64,000 nt of DNA. It comes from Phoronis australis. Its lineage: Eukaryota > Animalia > Phoronida. A program made the translations under genes and the position numbers. The notes beneath the pieces were generated by a model that had not been told where the DNA came from, searched no databases, and saw only the letters and a program-made list of their open reading frames with translations. Numbering within the stretch: position 1 is the stretch's first letter; each line of letters opens with the position of its first letter. Positions 61,509 to 64,000 of the stretch are shown piece by piece. Where the stretch lies: positions 124,001 through 188,000 of the forward strand of contig NMRA01000359.1 of NCBI GenBank assembly GCA_002633005.1, written 5' to 3'.

Positions 61509-64000
61509 TTAAGAATCTGTTTTTCCACCAAACAAATCTTGCATGAGTGCCCTGTAGTTGACTCTGCTGACCACAGATTTATTGGTTCCTGACCAAGGCG
61601 CCAACTGATCTGGTGCATCCAGCTGGGCAGGGGCCACCACTGGGTATTCCTTCCAGTCCAGGTATCGCAACAAGTCAGTATAGTTCACTGAACCATCATC
61701 GCCAGAGCTGCACCTGCAAATTAGAAAAAAATTGTTCTGAATTCAAAGAACATAATGTTAAAGAGATACATTAGTACCGAAGGTTCCCACATATGTCATA
61801 TACAGTGACTTCTGTTTGTCTGGTCTAATTTTTATGGGCATATTGTTGTAGGGCAATAGAATGCCCAGTTTCTTAAAACTCGCTTGTGACAAAGAATCGC
61901 AATTTGCTCTGCGAAATTTGGGAAAATTTAAAATGCCCAAATTCTCACAATTTACAAAGCTATAATTGGTCAACCTGAACTTACCTTGACAGCAAACTCT
62001 GCAACAGATCCCTTTCAATAGGTAGCCTCAGTGCTTTACAAGCAGTGATTATCCTTTCGGGGAACAAAAAGCCTGATCTGGAAAAGAGATCAAAACGAAC
62101 TTGTTACATTATTTTCAATTTCATTTTTCTTTCAAGTAAACTGTTTTATTATTTTATCCCCTTTTAAAAACTACAGGGAAGAACTATGTGCAACATGGGT
62201 ACAAAACATGAATAAAGAGAATAAAGATGACTTCTCTTTGAGTCCAAATTCAGCTGATCATGAGAGATTTCATATTCACTATTATTAATTTATTTAAATT
62301 AATTTACTTGAGTCAAGAGCTGGTACTTACTTCAGAGCATCAATTTGCATGAGTGCCTCTGGCAGTTTGTTGGTCTTGATGTCAAAGTTGTATTTCCTCA
62401 GCTTATCCTGAACCAGGTAAGCCAAGATACCTACATCAGGTAAACCATCACCAGTTGGCTTTTCACTGTAATACCTGAAACATGGAAGATGAATGATTAG
62501 TAACAAACAGTACATTTTACAATACCATATACATCTCAACAATAGAAGTGCAAGTCTTGAACAAGTTAGTTTGTATGAGGAACATAAAAACAACACAATA
62601 TTGGCCTTTAAATACAATCATATTGACAGCAACATAACAACTTACCGATTTTGCTGTACAGAAATAGATTAGAAAACTTCAAAGCAAGCTCGACACCAAA
62701 GTCATACTTATTTTATGAACTCATTAGATCACTCATATGCATACAATTCTCAGCAGTATCACTGACGTGCTGAAGCTGATCGCACTGTGAAAGAAATAGG
62801 GCTACTTGTTTCAAGAGAAAACTTGGCAAATTCTCACCTTCCAACAGTCATAACCTCATGGTCTGTAATGCCTGGTATACGACTCCTCAACAGATCCGTT
62901 ATCTGGTCAAATGTTATGTAGCCATTTCCACTCGGGTCCCGTTGACTCAAGTAGGTAGCCAGGTCCTGCTGAGTCTCGGGCTCGTTAACAGCTTGCTGTA
63001 TTTTGGCCATTATGTTGGAAATGCTGGCGGCACCAAACTGTAATATTCATAAGTCGTAATGTCTTAAAGTTAATAAAGTCACTGTGATCACACATAGTTT
63101 CATTAATAATTCATATCCCATGCATTGTACTGAACCAACTCAACAACAAAGCACGCACGGTGAAAACATTCAGGTTTTAACTAGAGCAGCGTGTACAAGC
63201 AGAGCAACCAAAATAGTAACCTTACCTGTTGTGGATTTTGCTCCATGTATCTGAATGCATATTCGTCAGCATCAATGAGTACAAACAGATGGGAGTTGAA
63301 GTTAACACGCGCACCAACGTACAGATCACTGGCTAGGTAGTACTGAGATAATTTTGTGCTGTACGACTCCTGGTTGGGCTTCTTCACACGGCCTCTCTCC
63401 AAAAATTTGCCACCTCCAATTCCTAAAAAACGAGTAAAGTCAATGCATTAATTATGTGACTTGTGAGGTAAAAGCACTAGAAGCATGAAATGTAAAAACA
63501 GTAACCTCAAAAACAAAGAGCAGTTGCATTAAATCTCATTGGATTTTCACTTAACTAAGATATTTTGCGATACAGAGGTTCGTGATTATTAAATTCACTC
63601 TCAATAATTCATCTTGCCCAGATAAAATATCTCTTGATTCAGTTAATCCGACTTACTCGCGTTTCCCTTCTTAAAAATTTACAATAAGAAATAACCTACC
63701 TGAGTTTCTGACAGGTGGCTCGAATACCAGCAAAGTATCATCAGACAAGAAGTAAGAGATGATGAAGCGGCGGTCCATATCAATGGGCTTTGTCGTGTCC
63801 ATTCTTGCCAGGAATCTGAGAACATTGCTCTCCAGGCCACATCGATCCTTCTCCATGAACTTGATGAAGTCTCTTTGTGGTGGCTTGGGAATGAGTCCTT
63901 GACATGAGCACAGTGAATCCTCTTCACTTCCAAATCCATTGTACGGTGGTACCTGACGTTCAACGGTGCTTGCCTTGGACTGTTTGTACTGAAGAGGTGC
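61509..64000 (-). CDS. EFHC2: EF-hand domain-containing family member C2 (DM10/RIB72 family); 3' part, continues beyond the window
   Basis: Exons >64000-63700, 63422-63226, 63037-62838, 62474-62331, 62077-61985, 61713-61509 give PPYNGFGSEEDSLCSC...FMEKDRCGLESNVLRF...[38 protein letters not shown]...LYVGARVNFNSHLFVLIDADEYAFRYMEQN, then EF-hand-like repeats and ...DLFGGKTDS*. FMEKD and the KKPxQE segment resemble EFHC2 more than EFHC1. Confidence 0.9.

Overview
AT-rich, intron-rich genomic DNA from an animal, most likely a heterozygous bilaterian invertebrate, in a draft assembly with one 937-N gap and several single-N joins. Most entries in the ORF track are noise or partial exons. Manual splicing of both strands gives five genes: SPCS2 (-, with a minor-spliceosome U12 intron), a complete 13-exon IFT81 (+), a 20-exon Mesh-like adhesion protein (signal peptide-NIDO-IPT-AMOP-vWD-sushi-TM-tail; -), a 9-exon SYCE1-like synaptonemal complex gene (+) that the ORF track almost completely misses, and the 3' half of EFHC2 (-). 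Introns carry many non-autonomous elements: a Helentron/DINE-1-like element, a TTAA/Kolobok-like element with a coding remnant, several MITEs, a TIR element with a neighbouring empty site, and two LINE 3' fragments. Two near-identical tandem duplications split by a single N are probably uncollapsed haplotypes. All gene names come from recalled protein similarity; no database search was run.
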